IMG/VR virus record: IMGVR_UViG_3300032310_000320
Span: 1 to 64,000 of that record
Length of the DNA: 64,000 nucleotides
Source: a virus
Lineage: Duplodnaviria; Caudoviricetes
Reading direction: 5' to 3' (one strand)
Shown: in pieces, positions 17,150 through 26,680 of the stretch
How the letters are laid out: each line of letters starts with the position of its first letter
Position numbering within the stretch: position 1 is the stretch's first letter
Translations under genes and position numbers: made by a program
The notes under the pieces: model-generated
What the model saw: the letters and a program-made list of their open reading frames with translations, nothing else
Database searches by the model: none
What the model was told of the DNA's origin: nothing

Positions 17150-17200
17150 ATAGCTAAAAAAAAGCCCACGAACACAGGACTAGCCTGTGTCGTGGGTTTT
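17150..17200 (-). terminator. Intrinsic terminator T8
   Basis: Near-identical to T6 (CACGAACACAGGACTAGCCTGTGTCGTG). Confidence 0.8.
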
Positions 17201-17203
17201 GGA

Positions 17204-17584
17204 TTAGGTTATCTTAATGCCCTCCTTTTGGAGCATGTCAAGCCTTTGGTTTTCTTCCTTCATTTCTTCGGCGCTCAGTATCGTGGGCCGAACCCAGACA
17301 TCGCTTACGTAGCCCTTTATGGGCCCTAAACTTCGAGCGTCCGTAGACGCCCTCACCCACAATTCCTTTGTCAGTGCGTCAATTAGGATTACGCGACCAT
17401 ATGAGTCGCGTAAGTTTGTGTTGAACATCGATCTGTTATTAATGTCTTGACACTGCGCTCGTGAGAATTTAATTCTCAATATCTCTCTGTATCGGGATGC
17501 CAACACCGTTCCGGTGCCGTGGCGGACGGGGACAAAATTCACATTTTGAATTTTATTCAGAAAGTCTGCGATTGTACGGATCAT
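17204..17584 (-). CDS. Hypothetical protein (putative early gene)
   Basis: AAGGAG RBS supports ATG at 17584; ORF track 17204..17713. Confidence 0.6.
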   Translation of the reverse strand: MIRTIADFLNKIQNVNFVPVRHGTGTVLASRYREILRIKFSRAQCQDINNRSMFNTNLRDSYGRVILIDALTKELWVRASTDARSLGPIKGYVSDVWVRPTILSAEEMKEENQRLDMLQKEGIKIT

Positions 17585-17649
17585 GACGATACTCCTTCTA
17601 AAGCCACACACCTCTAAACCGAAATGGCTTAGATAGCATATGGCTTTCA

Positions 17650-17683
17650 CATGTATTATGACGCGTTTTTGCTGTGGATTTAG
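17650..17683 (-). promoter_or_regulatory. Conserved 34-bp element P7
   Basis: CTAAAT-N12-CGCGTCATAATACATG. Confidence 0.7.
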
Positions 17684-18129
17684 GGCTTCATGATTTGAGC
17701 GAGAACAGCCCAAAGAGACATGACGAGTGTGGCTACCATGCTGGCCACCGCAGTTACGATCTGACCTTTAGTGACTGTCTTGGCAGTCTGAAAATTGTCT
17801 ACGGCTTTCTTGACATCTTCCACGCACGATTTCATGTCATCAATGTCTGCTTCGATGTGTTGCAAACTAGCTTCTACTTTGGTGAGCCTGTCCATGATGG
17901 ATGGCTGCCCGTTACCGTCGCGAATGATCTTGAACAATTTGCTTTGGTTGTCGTTGTAGTTCTTAATGTTGGAATCAATAAGCTTGATCTGAGTAACGAC
18001 TTCTCCCAATCTTTCTTGGTTGGTAGCGACAGATGATTTAAGGTCAGTCAGATCTTTTGTGATATGCAATACGTTGTTGGACGTGGTTGTAATCAGCGAG
18101 ATCATTTCCTGTGTTGCTGACGGTGCCAT
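17680..18129 (-). CDS. Coiled-coil protein with C-terminal TM helix
   Basis: Long heptad region ending IVTAVASMVATLVMSLWAVLAQI; GGAGG RBS. Confidence 0.6.
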   Translation of the reverse strand: MAPSATQEMISLITTTSNNVLHITKDLTDLKSSVATNQERLGEVVTQIKLIDSNIKNYNDNQSKLFKIIRDGNGQPSIMDRLTKVEASLQHIEADIDDMKSCVEDVKKAVDNFQTAKTVTKGQIVTAVASMVATLVMSLWAVLAQIMKP

Positions 18130-18229
18130 CAGTCGTGCCTCCAAGAAAGTCCGTTGAATAGATCTCTTCGAGTTCCCCACTGCCCGAAGTACCGATGCTT
18201 GTACAAGACAAGCCGAAGAGACGCTAAAA

Positions 18230-18326
18230 GGCGTGCGTTCCCTTCACCACCTCGATCCCGGTCTTCTCACCATGGATCAGCCCGTGAATACGCATAAAGC
18301 GAATTCCACATCACCAACCGACGCCT
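18230..18326 (-). ncRNA. Candidate structured RNA in a ~280-nt intergenic gap
   Basis: Closing stem AGGCGT/ACGCCT enclosing two hairpins (18254-18278 and 18284-18309); no family recognised. Confidence 0.25.
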
Positions 18327-18408
18327 GCGGTAAACCTATCCAACAGACTTAATGATTGTACCTTAGGCGCGGAGTTACACCGAATGTACGTGACGTGGTT
18401 GAAATAAA

Positions 18409-19314
18409 TTATGCGTCGTTAACAGATTCCCGCACAACATCAGGCATTTCTAATTTCGGCATTGGCGTTACGACGTGATTGATCCACTGATTGAAATCCG
18501 GCACTGAGAATTTAAATCCAGATCCATCCACACCCTCAACATCAATCTCAGGGTGATCCCATTTAAATTGTATAAGTGCTTTTACAATCTCTTCCTGATT
18601 GAGTTTTAACCACGTTGCCGTTTTGGTACCCAGTGCGTTGGATGCCAGTGTCCTGTAATACTCAAAAGGTTTTATGTGTCCAACGAAATGAATCCCTGCA
18701 AGAAACAAGTTTTCACGGCTGCGCAGGATATTGACCTTGATGTGATTGAAGTTATTGGCGCAGTAATTCAACATGTCGGCAGAAGGATAATTGCGCGTGG
18801 ATGCATCTAACGGAGGTAATAGGTCTCGAGGATAAATTGCCGAAGGTGTGCAACAACGGTGAGACACAGGTAGAGAAGCATCATTGTCCGAAAAATCAAC
18901 GACAAATAATTCATTGGTGTCCCTGTAATAGTACATGGCATTGGCTAAAACTGTAACACCCGTCTGACCCACAAGAAGCTGCCTGTCCATTTGAGCTGCA
19001 AGGCGTCTAGGATCACTCAGGTTGTCGTCATCCCATATGGCGATGTAATCCCCTCTCGCCACGGTTAAGGCTTGTACGAGGCCATCTAAGACCTGCCTGA
19101 TGTATGGCCTAGAGATGACTTTGATTTTGTGTCCACCACAACGAGAAGTGTTGTTGATTAGGAATGATTGTATTTGAACGGCGTGCTTGGAATCAGACGT
19201 GACAATGATCAACTCTTTGGCGGCATATGTTTGTTCACAGTAATTAAGAATGGCTCTCTGTAAGTGAGGGAACCGGGAAGGGATTGTTGTGCAGATGCAG
19301 GACACAAGACTCAT
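18409..19314 (-). CDS. Glycosyltransferase family 2
   Basis: VSCICTT..R..L..AI..Y..QTY..KELIIV; IAIWDDD. Confidence 0.8.
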   Translation of the reverse strand: MSLVSCICTTIPSRFPHLQRAILNYCEQTYAAKELIIVTSDSKHAVQIQSFLINNTSRCGGHKIKVISRPYIRQVLDGLVQALTVARGDYIAIWDDDNLSDPRRLAAQMDRQLLVGQTGVTVLANAMYYYRDTNELFVVDFSDNDASLPVSHRCCTPSAIYPRDLLPPLDASTRNYPSADMLNYCANNFNHIKVNILRSRENLFLAGIHFVGHIKPFEYYRTLASNALGTKTATWLKLNQEEIVKALIQFKWDHPEIDVEGVDGSGFKFSVPDFNQWINHVVTPMPKLEMPDVVRESVNDA

Positions 19315-19949
19315 AGATCTGCTCCAATAAGATTATCAGCCATGGCCCTGATAATAGTCAGTTCTTTGGGGCAGGTGACATCAAGGGTTTCAAGTACGTT
19401 GGTGGAAACCCTCAGTTGTTTATTCATGAGCTGAGAACAGAACTCATCTTCAGAGAAATCAAACTTGGAATTGAAAGCAATGAACTGTTTCGTCCAATGT
19501 CCCGATTGCGTCAACCTTACCGCGCCACTCTGGAAATCACTAAAACCATCAAACTCACGTACGGGAAGAGATAACTGCCCTTTGTTTGCCAGAACGTTGT
19601 GAACACAATGCTCCACAACGTTAGGAGTTATGAATGGAGAAATAGGTCTCCACACAAAATAATTGGCGTGAGATAGATGGGCTTTGATGGCGCCGCATGC
19701 TTCAAAGAATGTGGCGTTGGCAGGCACAACATCTAAAACGACTTTGTGCCGAGGTAGAGTTTTATTCAATAAGTGCTTATTCAAACTTGCATACAAGGCA
19801 CTGGATGTCACGACGGTTACTGAGTCGGTAACGTTGCGGACATGCTTTAAGGTATTAACTGTTTTTTCTAATACCGTGGCAGCCAACGACGAGAAGAGAT
19901 GCTTTTGGCATGCCAGTGAATCCAAGTAAGCAATGGATGTAGCACGCAT
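19311..19949 (-). CDS. Putative nucleotidyltransferase-like (CMP-sugar synthetase fold) protein
   Basis: Weak: VVTSS and RPISPFITP resemble the 'QPTSPLR' region of NeuA/KdsB-type enzymes; located in the glycan cluster. Confidence 0.3.
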   Translation of the reverse strand: MRATSIAYLDSLACQKHLFSSLAATVLEKTVNTLKHVRNVTDSVTVVTSSALYASLNKHLLNKTLPRHKVVLDVVPANATFFEACGAIKAHLSHANYFVWRPISPFITPNVVEHCVHNVLANKGQLSLPVREFDGFSDFQSGAVRLTQSGHWTKQFIAFNSKFDFSEDEFCSQLMNKQLRVSTNVLETLDVTCPKELTIIRAMADNLIGADL

Positions 19950-20743
19950 TAAAAAAGATCCCTCGCCATAATGTCTCCACGTACGTCATTGGGAAGTTCC
20001 GCAAGGATCTTATCGAGCTGAAATACGCGTTCTGGAAGTGTGGTGTTAGTCAGTCTGTGTACGGCAGGCGCATGCGACGTCGTTACCACTGTCTCCAAAA
20101 ACTTTAAAACTGTATTTAATACCGAATCAAAATCAAAGTACATGTTCTGATACTGAATGCGACAGACATCATGACACACAGCATTTATCTTGTCTCTGAC
20201 GTAACTGTGTTCTCTGACAAAGTCCGTCAATTCCTCAGAGTCCAACCAAATCTTGCTAGGTATCTTGTCAGTTACAGTGCGTGACGTTTTGTAATAAATG
20301 CTTGAAGCTTCTGATTGTTTTTTGGATACGAAACAAGCTAATGGATTGCGCTCAACATGGATGACACAGAAATCGCCTTCATTGGTGTGCTCTTTAAGTA
20401 AGTCAAACAAATCGTGCTTGCGCATCTGATCATACGTAATGCGCACACCGACAATTGTTTCGTTGTGAAGAGGTCTGTCGAAAATGCGATTGCGCAAGAA
20501 ATGATGCGCGCTATTTTCTTCTGAGTTAAACGGTAATCCACACTGCTTAAAATAGTGAGAATAAGCTTTGGTTCTTACTTGCGCGTTGTCATGGAGTAAA
20601 TGAGCGTGTGCCGCAATCGTAGGTATTGTTGCCAATGCCGTATGCAGTGGGTACGTCCCTGCCCGAACATCGCCAACAAGGACGAAGTTCAGGCATTGCG
20701 TTTTGGGAGCGAACCCATACTCTGGCTTGGCGTTGTGGGACAC
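19949..20743 (-). CDS. Putative sulfotransferase (Stf0-like)
   Basis: FVLVGDVRAGT (5'-PSB-like) and VIHVERNPLACFVS (3'-PB-like). Confidence 0.5.
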   Translation of the reverse strand: MSHNAKPEYGFAPKTQCLNFVLVGDVRAGTYPLHTALATIPTIAAHAHLLHDNAQVRTKAYSHYFKQCGLPFNSEENSAHHFLRNRIFDRPLHNETIVGVRITYDQMRKHDLFDLLKEHTNEGDFCVIHVERNPLACFVSKKQSEASSIYYKTSRTVTDKIPSKIWLDSEELTDFVREHSYVRDKINAVCHDVCRIQYQNMYFDFDSVLNTVLKFLETVVTTSHAPAVHRLTNTTLPERVFQLDKILAELPNDVRGDIMARDLF

Positions 20744-20750
20744 ACATACC

Positions 20751-21710
20751 TCACGACGTGAAAGATACCAAAGAAGGAGATGGCGTTAGATAAGAAGAAT
20801 TTGTATTGGCGCCTTCCATTTTGTAGCCAAAGCTCACAAGGATTTCTTTCAAACGATCCGTAGCCGCTGGATCATTTAAAGAAATTGTTCCCGTGTCATG
20901 CTTGCCCTGCATAAACACCGGAGCATTAATTTTGTTCAGCCCGTGATGTACAGCAACCATGTACATGTTGTAAGGGAATGTATTGTTGGGCACCACTACA
21001 ACATCATTGGCCCAATACATGCGGTAGAAACCTTCGTCTTCAAGATCCCCATCAGGATAACGGCGATTACCATTTGGAAAAATAAGCGTGCTTGGATGGC
21101 CGCTATATGTTGTACGCATATGTGCAGATGGAGAAAATACCGTAACGTCTTTGTCTGTCTTGACTTGCAGAGCTACTTGCGTCGCCAGCATCAAAGCTTT
21201 GCCTTCTTCCGCAAACCCCATTTGATACGACAACAAATGAGGATCCCTGTAATCATCATCATCCCATTGCGCAATCCACGGTTTAGTGGCGCGCTCAATA
21301 CCCAGATTGCGCATGGCTCCGACAGACAAGTTCGGCGGAGCCATGACTTCGATTAACAACGGATGCGTAGAATCCAGCAGAGAATTACCCGTGGCGTTGA
21401 TGATGATCATTTCCCTGTCGGGATATCGTTGCTGCAAGAAACGATTGACACACGCGCGGGCCATGGTTCTGCGCCGACGATCTGCAATCGGCAACAGACA
21501 GGACACGCCATAACCATAAGAATTCTTAACCGGTGTCGCCGTAACCACAGAAGGTTGTGGCACGACTGCTGTAACCTCGGTTGGAACAAGTGCAGAGTTC
21601 GATGGCAACGGCAATCCCTTAGACAACGCTTCAAGTTGTTCTTTTGACGCGTTGGGAAACATGTCGAACAAGCTTAACGTGGCTCTGCTTGAGATATTCT
21701 TACTGGTCAT
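20751..21710 (-). CDS. Glycosyltransferase family 2
   Basis: VSCLLP..RRR..ARAC..F..Q.YPDRE; IAQWDDDD; GGAG RBS at 21710. Confidence 0.8.
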   Translation of the reverse strand: MTSKNISSRATLSLFDMFPNASKEQLEALSKGLPLPSNSALVPTEVTAVVPQPSVVTATPVKNSYGYGVSCLLPIADRRRRTMARACVNRFLQQRYPDREMIIINATGNSLLDSTHPLLIEVMAPPNLSVGAMRNLGIERATKPWIAQWDDDDYRDPHLLSYQMGFAEEGKALMLATQVALQVKTDKDVTVFSPSAHMRTTYSGHPSTLIFPNGNRRYPDGDLEDEGFYRMYWANDVVVVPNNTFPYNMYMVAVHHGLNKINAPVFMQGKHDTGTISLNDPAATDRLKEILVSFGYKMEGANTNSSYLTPSPSLVSFTS

Positions 21711-21741
21711 GGTCACTCCTAAATCCAAACAACTTAACAGA

Positions 21742-22539
21742 TTAAACAAAAGCCTGCGCATCTCTGTCAACATACGTTGCATTAAGTTCGGGAGATTGCG
21801 GATATTGCCAGCTAGGCAAACGCTCACGAATGGCTTTATACAAGTCGTAATAGGTGCCTGTGAAGTTTGCGTTTAGTACTTCGAGCGCCACATGTGAGAA
21901 CGCACCATTGGGCCGACCATTGAAGCGCGCGTCACATGAATATTCGGCATCACCACACCCAGAGATGTGAATGAAACCTTTAACAGGTTGATCTCCCAAA
22001 GACGTAGGAGAAAACCGTTGAGCAATCTGAGCGTTGTTTAAATCCTTCTGATCCGTAAAGATGTTGGCTGGAGGTATGTATCGGATGTGAGATACATATG
22101 GCTCTGCGCCCGGTTCTCCGCCTGCAAACCTAAACACGGTACCTGAGTGACAAGCGTCTGTGATAAACACAAGTTGAGCACCGGGTTTAATTTCAACCCA
22201 ACATTCAGCCAACTCATCATCTACAAGCAAACAATCAGCAGACATGTCATATGGACACAAGCATTCATCACGTCCGTCCACTTCGTCTCCATGCGCATCG
22301 GGAACCCATGTGCCGTGACCTGCGAAGAAAACAACGCCCTTATCTCCCGGCTGTAATGATTGCACCAACGTACGGATGCCCGTGTATATTGCGGCTTTCG
22401 TAGCAGCGGAATCTAATAGCGTTGTTGAGGCGTAACCACGTATTGTTAGAAACTTAGCCCAATCCAACGCATCATTAACACATCCAGCTAGTGGTGCAGA
22501 TGCGTAAGAGTTGATACCGATGCACAATGCTTTTTTCAT
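21742..22539 (-). CDS. Metacaspase-like (peptidase C14) protease
   Basis: ALCIGINSY, LAGCVNDA, FFAGHG (His) and TDACHSG (Cys). Confidence 0.9.
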   Translation of the reverse strand: MKKALCIGINSYASAPLAGCVNDALDWAKFLTIRGYASTTLLDSAATKAAIYTGIRTLVQSLQPGDKGVVFFAGHGTWVPDAHGDEVDGRDECLCPYDMSADCLLVDDELAECWVEIKPGAQLVFITDACHSGTVFRFAGGEPGAEPYVSHIRYIPPANIFTDQKDLNNAQIAQRFSPTSLGDQPVKGFIHISGCGDAEYSCDARFNGRPNGAFSHVALEVLNANFTGTYYDLYKAIRERLPSWQYPQSPELNATYVDRDAQAFV

Positions 22540-22550
22540 GGAAACACTCC

Positions 22551-23195
22551 TTAGTTATGCACAAACAAGGCAGCGTCTAATTTTCGAGTACGTTTTGCAG
22601 ACGCAACCAGTGCTTCAATGTAAGCCCCATCACCGGAAAATGAGAAATCTGTCCATGGCACTTTGGCAATTAAATCTCGAGATGCCATGAAACAACCCAA
22701 ATCAATGCGGCCTTTCTTGGGAGTTGTTATGAACGGCTGCCAAAGTCTGTGACTGTGTACCATGTCGCAGTACGTGAAATCACTTTTAGTACTTACGGCT
22801 TCAGCAAGCATCCACTCAAGAAACACAGGCATGTAGTAATTGTCGTCGTTAGTAAAAACGATGTACTCAGGTTGTTGCACGGTACTAGGTGAACCCTTGT
22901 ACGTAAACGGAGCTAAAGCCTGTTCTCTTCTGTGAGGATGCCCGTGTTGTTTAGTGCGATTAGGTGTGCAGATAAAATCAATGCGCGGATCAAGGGTGAT
23001 GTGATTGGCAGGCAACGCACTATCCACGGGGCCGTCATGCACGATCTTGACCGACCAGTTAGGATATGTCTGAGCCACAATTGAAGACAGGAAACACATC
23101 AACGCGTCTTGGCGCCTTGAGTCGTCGTTAAGGTACGACGCAACGACGATTCCAACTGTGGGACCATCTTTTAGTTTGGTTTTCCAGTACCGCAT
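22551..23195 (-). CDS. Glycosyltransferase family 2
   Basis: SIVAQTYPNW..IVHDG; FTNDDNYY. Confidence 0.75.
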   Translation of the reverse strand: MRYWKTKLKDGPTVGIVVASYLNDDSRRQDALMCFLSSIVAQTYPNWSVKIVHDGPVDSALPANHITLDPRIDFICTPNRTKQHGHPHRREQALAPFTYKGSPSTVQQPEYIVFTNDDNYYMPVFLEWMLAEAVSTKSDFTYCDMVHSHRLWQPFITTPKKGRIDLGCFMASRDLIAKVPWTDFSFSGDGAYIEALVASAKRTRKLDAALFVHN

Positions 23196-23794
23196 CAGAG
23201 TAGCTTCTCGTAAGTAATAATCCCGTTACGGCCATCGTAGTCAGGGTAGGCAACTTCTTCCACCAATTTATAATCTTGGCGAATGCATGGAAGTAATCCC
23301 AATTCCGTCAAAGCCATGCGCGTTCCTAATATATGAAATTCAGGTCTATCCCGAGGCCCGTGTTCTTGGTAATCGCGAAATAGGGGCAACTTATCAAACG
23401 TATCGTGCACGGCCATCTCACCGCCCTGCATCAGTCTTCTCCCATAGTGCCCTACATCAGCCATGGTGTGATTAATACAATGACAGCCATCGACAAATAC
23501 CCAATGCAAATTCAAAGGAACAAGATGGAACGTTTCTGCTGAATCTCCCCAGATCATACGCATTTCTGGATACGGCTTTTCTTTAGCCCACAGCCCAATA
23601 TCTATCGCCCAGTTTTCGACATTCGTAACATTCAATGAGTTCAAGTAATCTTTAATCCCACGTGATGTTCTACCGTCATGCACTCCAATTTCAAGGATGC
23701 GTAGAGTTTCGCCTTTAAACCGTTCGACTACACGCGCTAGTGAACGCTCTAAGGCTGCGGCTTCCTCAAAACTTACAAGACCATAGACAGGCAT
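23195..23794 (-). CDS. SAM-dependent methyltransferase (Methyltransf_24-like)
   Basis: ILEIGVHDG motif I; FVDGCH; GG..AVHD. Confidence 0.8.
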   Translation of the reverse strand: MPVYGLVSFEEAAALERSLARVVERFKGETLRILEIGVHDGRTSRGIKDYLNSLNVTNVENWAIDIGLWAKEKPYPEMRMIWGDSAETFHLVPLNLHWVFVDGCHCINHTMADVGHYGRRLMQGGEMAVHDTFDKLPLFRDYQEHGPRDRPEFHILGTRMALTELGLLPCIRQDYKLVEEVAYPDYDGRNGIITYEKLL

Positions 23795-24600
23795 TATTTA
23801 AATTCCTTAAAAGCCTCAACAACTTGGTCTGTGTAATTTACCAATTTGGCTATGCAGTGGTGAGGACACGCATGTAATAAACACACGCTAAAGCACCCGT
23901 CAATCGCAAAGACACAGGAAGGGTGCCTGTTTGCAGTGACAGATGTTCCTCCAGCGAAGAAAGCATATGGCACATCTAGAGCACCCGCCACATGTCCTAG
24001 CCCACTCTCGTAACCAATGAATGCCGAACCTGTAGCCATGAAATCAACAATGGCTTTGCAATTCGACATTTGAGCAGTATCGAGTTTCAAATCCACAAGT
24101 TCGTTTTCCCATGCCGCTTGTGTGCCGTAATCCCATTTCTTGGTACGGCCTATTAAATGAATAACGTCCCAACCGTCTGCCATCATTCCTGCGACGACTT
24201 CTTTTAAATAGGGATATCCTTTTCGATTAGGCCAGCCAGCTTCGTCACATACTATCAACCGGCGAGGCACAGGTTTGCGAGGAAGATAAAGATTAGGTCT
24301 TACTTCAACTGCCGTTGCCGGTTTGCCTGTCAATTCTCCAAAGAAATAAACAGGTTTGTAAACTTGACTGTATACCAAGCGCCCCATGGATTCTGGCGGA
24401 GTCAATAAGCACTTATGCGGTCTTGTCCCTTGGTACTCGACGTAAGGATTTCGTTCCCAGAGATAGGCGTAAGCTGAAGACGGGCAACTCACGGCAAGCT
24501 TTAATCCCGTCAGGCGGTGATATGCTGCGGGCAATCCTGTGAATGCAGCATTGTCTCCCATGGTTTGAAGTACTTGTAATTCTTTGTCAACTTCAACCAT
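23794..24600 (-). CDS. GT-B glycosyltransferase, GT9 (heptosyltransferase)-like
   Basis: FIGYESGLGHVAGALDVP resembles the GT9 'DSGxxHxAxA' motif. Confidence 0.55.
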   Translation of the reverse strand: MVEVDKELQVLQTMGDNAAFTGLPAAYHRLTGLKLAVSCPSSAYAYLWERNPYVEYQGTRPHKCLLTPPESMGRLVYSQVYKPVYFFGELTGKPATAVEVRPNLYLPRKPVPRRLIVCDEAGWPNRKGYPYLKEVVAGMMADGWDVIHLIGRTKKWDYGTQAAWENELVDLKLDTAQMSNCKAIVDFMATGSAFIGYESGLGHVAGALDVPYAFFAGGTSVTANRHPSCVFAIDGCFSVCLLHACPHHCIAKLVNYTDQVVEAFKEFK

Positions 24601-25417
24601 TGGTCAGAACTTCCTGTAATTTGTTAACAATCAAATCGTTGTAGTTGGGTAATTTCTGCATGCAAGCTTTTTGGCAACTCATATTCATGCAAGGACTAAC
24701 ACACGGACACACGGCAAAAATACAGGAAGGGTGACGATTGATTTCGGCATTGTTTAAAGTTGAAAACATTACATAGGGAATATTTAATGCCCCTGCGACG
24801 TGCGCTAACCCACTCTCATACCCAAGATATGCGTGCGCCGTAGACATGAATTCAATTGTAGTTTTAGCATCTGCACATTGTGCTGCGTCATATACGCCGT
24901 AAACTTCGTGCCCGCTCAATTCGTTGTGGTTTTCTTGCAGTCGTTTAACACCATTGCGCAAAACAACAATGTCCCAACCACTACGTTTAAGTTCTTTTAC
25001 CAACATATCCATGTAAGGATATCCACGCCGAATAGGTCGCCCGGCTTCGTCGTTAACGATTAAACGTTTTTTAACGCGTTTGATTGGATAAAAAAGCTTA
25101 GGTCTAACGCTATCAGGATTTATTGATTTTTTTGTTAACGCTTGATATAGCCACATTGGTTTATATACAGAATTCCAAAGGTAAGCTTCATCTTTTGAAA
25201 AAACAAGCGGGTACTTAAACCAGCGTGTTGCGGTTCCTTCCCACAACACATGAGGATTGTTGTGCCAAACCGCAGCCATTTGCGAACTGCGTGCATCTAG
25301 TCCGACAGACCTTACGGCTAATTTATTACCAGTAGTATTGAAATACGCAGTTGGCACTCCGGTGTAACAGACGTTATCACCGAGTGCCTCAAGAAGAATT
25401 ACACCGTCGTAAATCAT
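24593..25417 (-). CDS. GT9-like glycosyltransferase (paralogue of 23794..24600)
   Basis: YLGYESGLAHVAGALNIP; shared LGDN..TG.P, VYKP and RHPSC motifs. Confidence 0.55.
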   Translation of the reverse strand: MIYDGVILLEALGDNVCYTGVPTAYFNTTGNKLAVRSVGLDARSSQMAAVWHNNPHVLWEGTATRWFKYPLVFSKDEAYLWNSVYKPMWLYQALTKKSINPDSVRPKLFYPIKRVKKRLIVNDEAGRPIRRGYPYMDMLVKELKRSGWDIVVLRNGVKRLQENHNELSGHEVYGVYDAAQCADAKTTIEFMSTAHAYLGYESGLAHVAGALNIPYVMFSTLNNAEINRHPSCIFAVCPCVSPCMNMSCQKACMQKLPNYNDLIVNKLQEVLTNG

Positions 25418-26049
25418 GCCGGATAGACACTCACTACTTGGATGTCGAGATTGTTTTTAGGAATATGATCTGTCGGAGTTAACGGCAAGCCCACGTATTT
25501 GCCTTCTTCATTAATACGCTTAATCAGCGACTGACAACCCACGTCTGCACGATTTACGTAATAGTCGTCCATCAAAAAGATTCTAGATTCGGAAATAAGG
25601 TGCTCCAAGTTACTAAAATCCGAATTAATTGTTTCAAGGCTGTGCCCGCCATCAATGAAAATAAAGTTAGGCTCGACTAAATGCCCTAAGTCTTCTTTCC
25701 ATTGTTTAATCGTGTCCTTGGTATTGCCTTTAAATAAACGAGCCCCGGCAAACCTTTCACCGTATTTTTTACCTAACGTGTTTGCAAACATAGCCTGAAC
25801 GTTTTCAACAGACGCCGGTAATGTACTTTTACTGAATTCTGCCTTAGACATTTCCACCGTCATGTCTTCAAATAAATCAAATCCAATGTAACGAGCTTGT
25901 CTGTTTGCGCTGATGTTTAAAAAATAATCCATTAAACTTACTGCGCGGGCACCATTAAATGTACCGACTTCCAAGTACACCAAGGTGTATGAGCGAATAG
26001 CCAAATCATCGAGTTTGCGTAACAGGTTTACATAACGACCGCCAAACAT
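25414..26049 (-). CDS. SAM-dependent methyltransferase
   Basis: YLEVGTFNG; FIDGGHS; MDDY; AAGGAG RBS at 26049. Confidence 0.8.
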   Translation of the reverse strand: MFGGRYVNLLRKLDDLAIRSYTLVYLEVGTFNGARAVSLMDYFLNISANRQARYIGFDLFEDMTVEMSKAEFSKSTLPASVENVQAMFANTLGKKYGERFAGARLFKGNTKDTIKQWKEDLGHLVEPNFIFIDGGHSLETINSDFSNLEHLISESRIFLMDDYYVNRADVGCQSLIKRINEEGKYVGLPLTPTDHIPKNNLDIQVVSVYPA

Positions 26050-26059
26050 AAGACACTCC

Positions 26060-26680
26060 TTAAATTGAAGGCTTTCTAACGCTAAATGTATTGTGCACGG
26101 GTATGACTTGCACTGGCAACGACAAGGGGTCACCGCCAAAACATTCAGTTACGGCACGATCAACTCCGGGAAACGTTGTGCCGTAATCGTGTCCACATAA
26201 GTATCCGCCGGGACGAACCTTAGGCCACCATGCCTCAATATCTGCTCTGGCTGGACCGTAGTCATGATCACCGTCAATAAATACAGCGCCTAAAAAATTA
26301 TCAGGAAAAACGCGCGCGGCTTGGGGTGACGGCATGGTTAATACGTGACATCGTTTTTCAACGCCTGTCGCTACAAAGTTGTCGTAAAAGCTTTGCAATT
26401 GATATGCGCCTGCGATGTCAGTGTAATATTTTAAACTGCCGCCAACACCGTACAAACCATCTACAACAATGATTTCGTTGTCCTTTAACAATTCGATTGT
26501 TTTCCGTGCAATATATGTAGATGACTTGCCAAGGAAGCCGCCAACCTCAACAAAAACATCATTGTTTTTAAAAGACTGGGCTAAGAAATCGTACAAGACG
26601 GTGTAATCAAGACCCGTTGGAATTGCATGCCAATTTGTCCAATACTCGTGCCGCGTTAACTCTGGCAATGTAATTTTCAC
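26060..26680 (-). CDS. SAM-dependent methyltransferase (Methyltransf_24-like)
   Basis: FVEVGGFLGKS; FIDGDHDY; PGGYLCGHDY. Confidence 0.85.
   Translation of the reverse strand: MKITLPELTRHEYWTNWHAIPTGLDYTVLYDFLAQSFKNNDVFVEVGGFLGKSSTYIARKTIELLKDNEIIVVDGLYGVGGSLKYYTDIAGAYQLQSFYDNFVATGVEKRCHVLTMPSPQAARVFPDNFLGAVFIDGDHDYGPARADIEAWWPKVRPGGYLCGHDYGTTFPGVDRAVTECFGGDPLSLPVQVIPVHNTFSVRKPSI

Noticed and set aside
10205-17683. Repeated hairpins and 34-bp elements as a CRISPR array
   Set aside because: Copies are separated by whole genes (hundreds of nt), not 30-40 nt spacers, and no cas genes are present.
13300-18129. 13300 as an i-spanin and 17680 as a holin
   Set aside because: Only TM-plus-coiled-coil topology supports these calls; no nested o-spanin or adjacent endolysin, and 13300 is under an early-type promoter.
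18130-18408. tRNA in the intergenic gap
   Set aside because: No T-loop GTTCRA, D-loop or acceptor-stem geometry; I saw no tRNA elsewhere either (tRNAscan-SE would be decisive).
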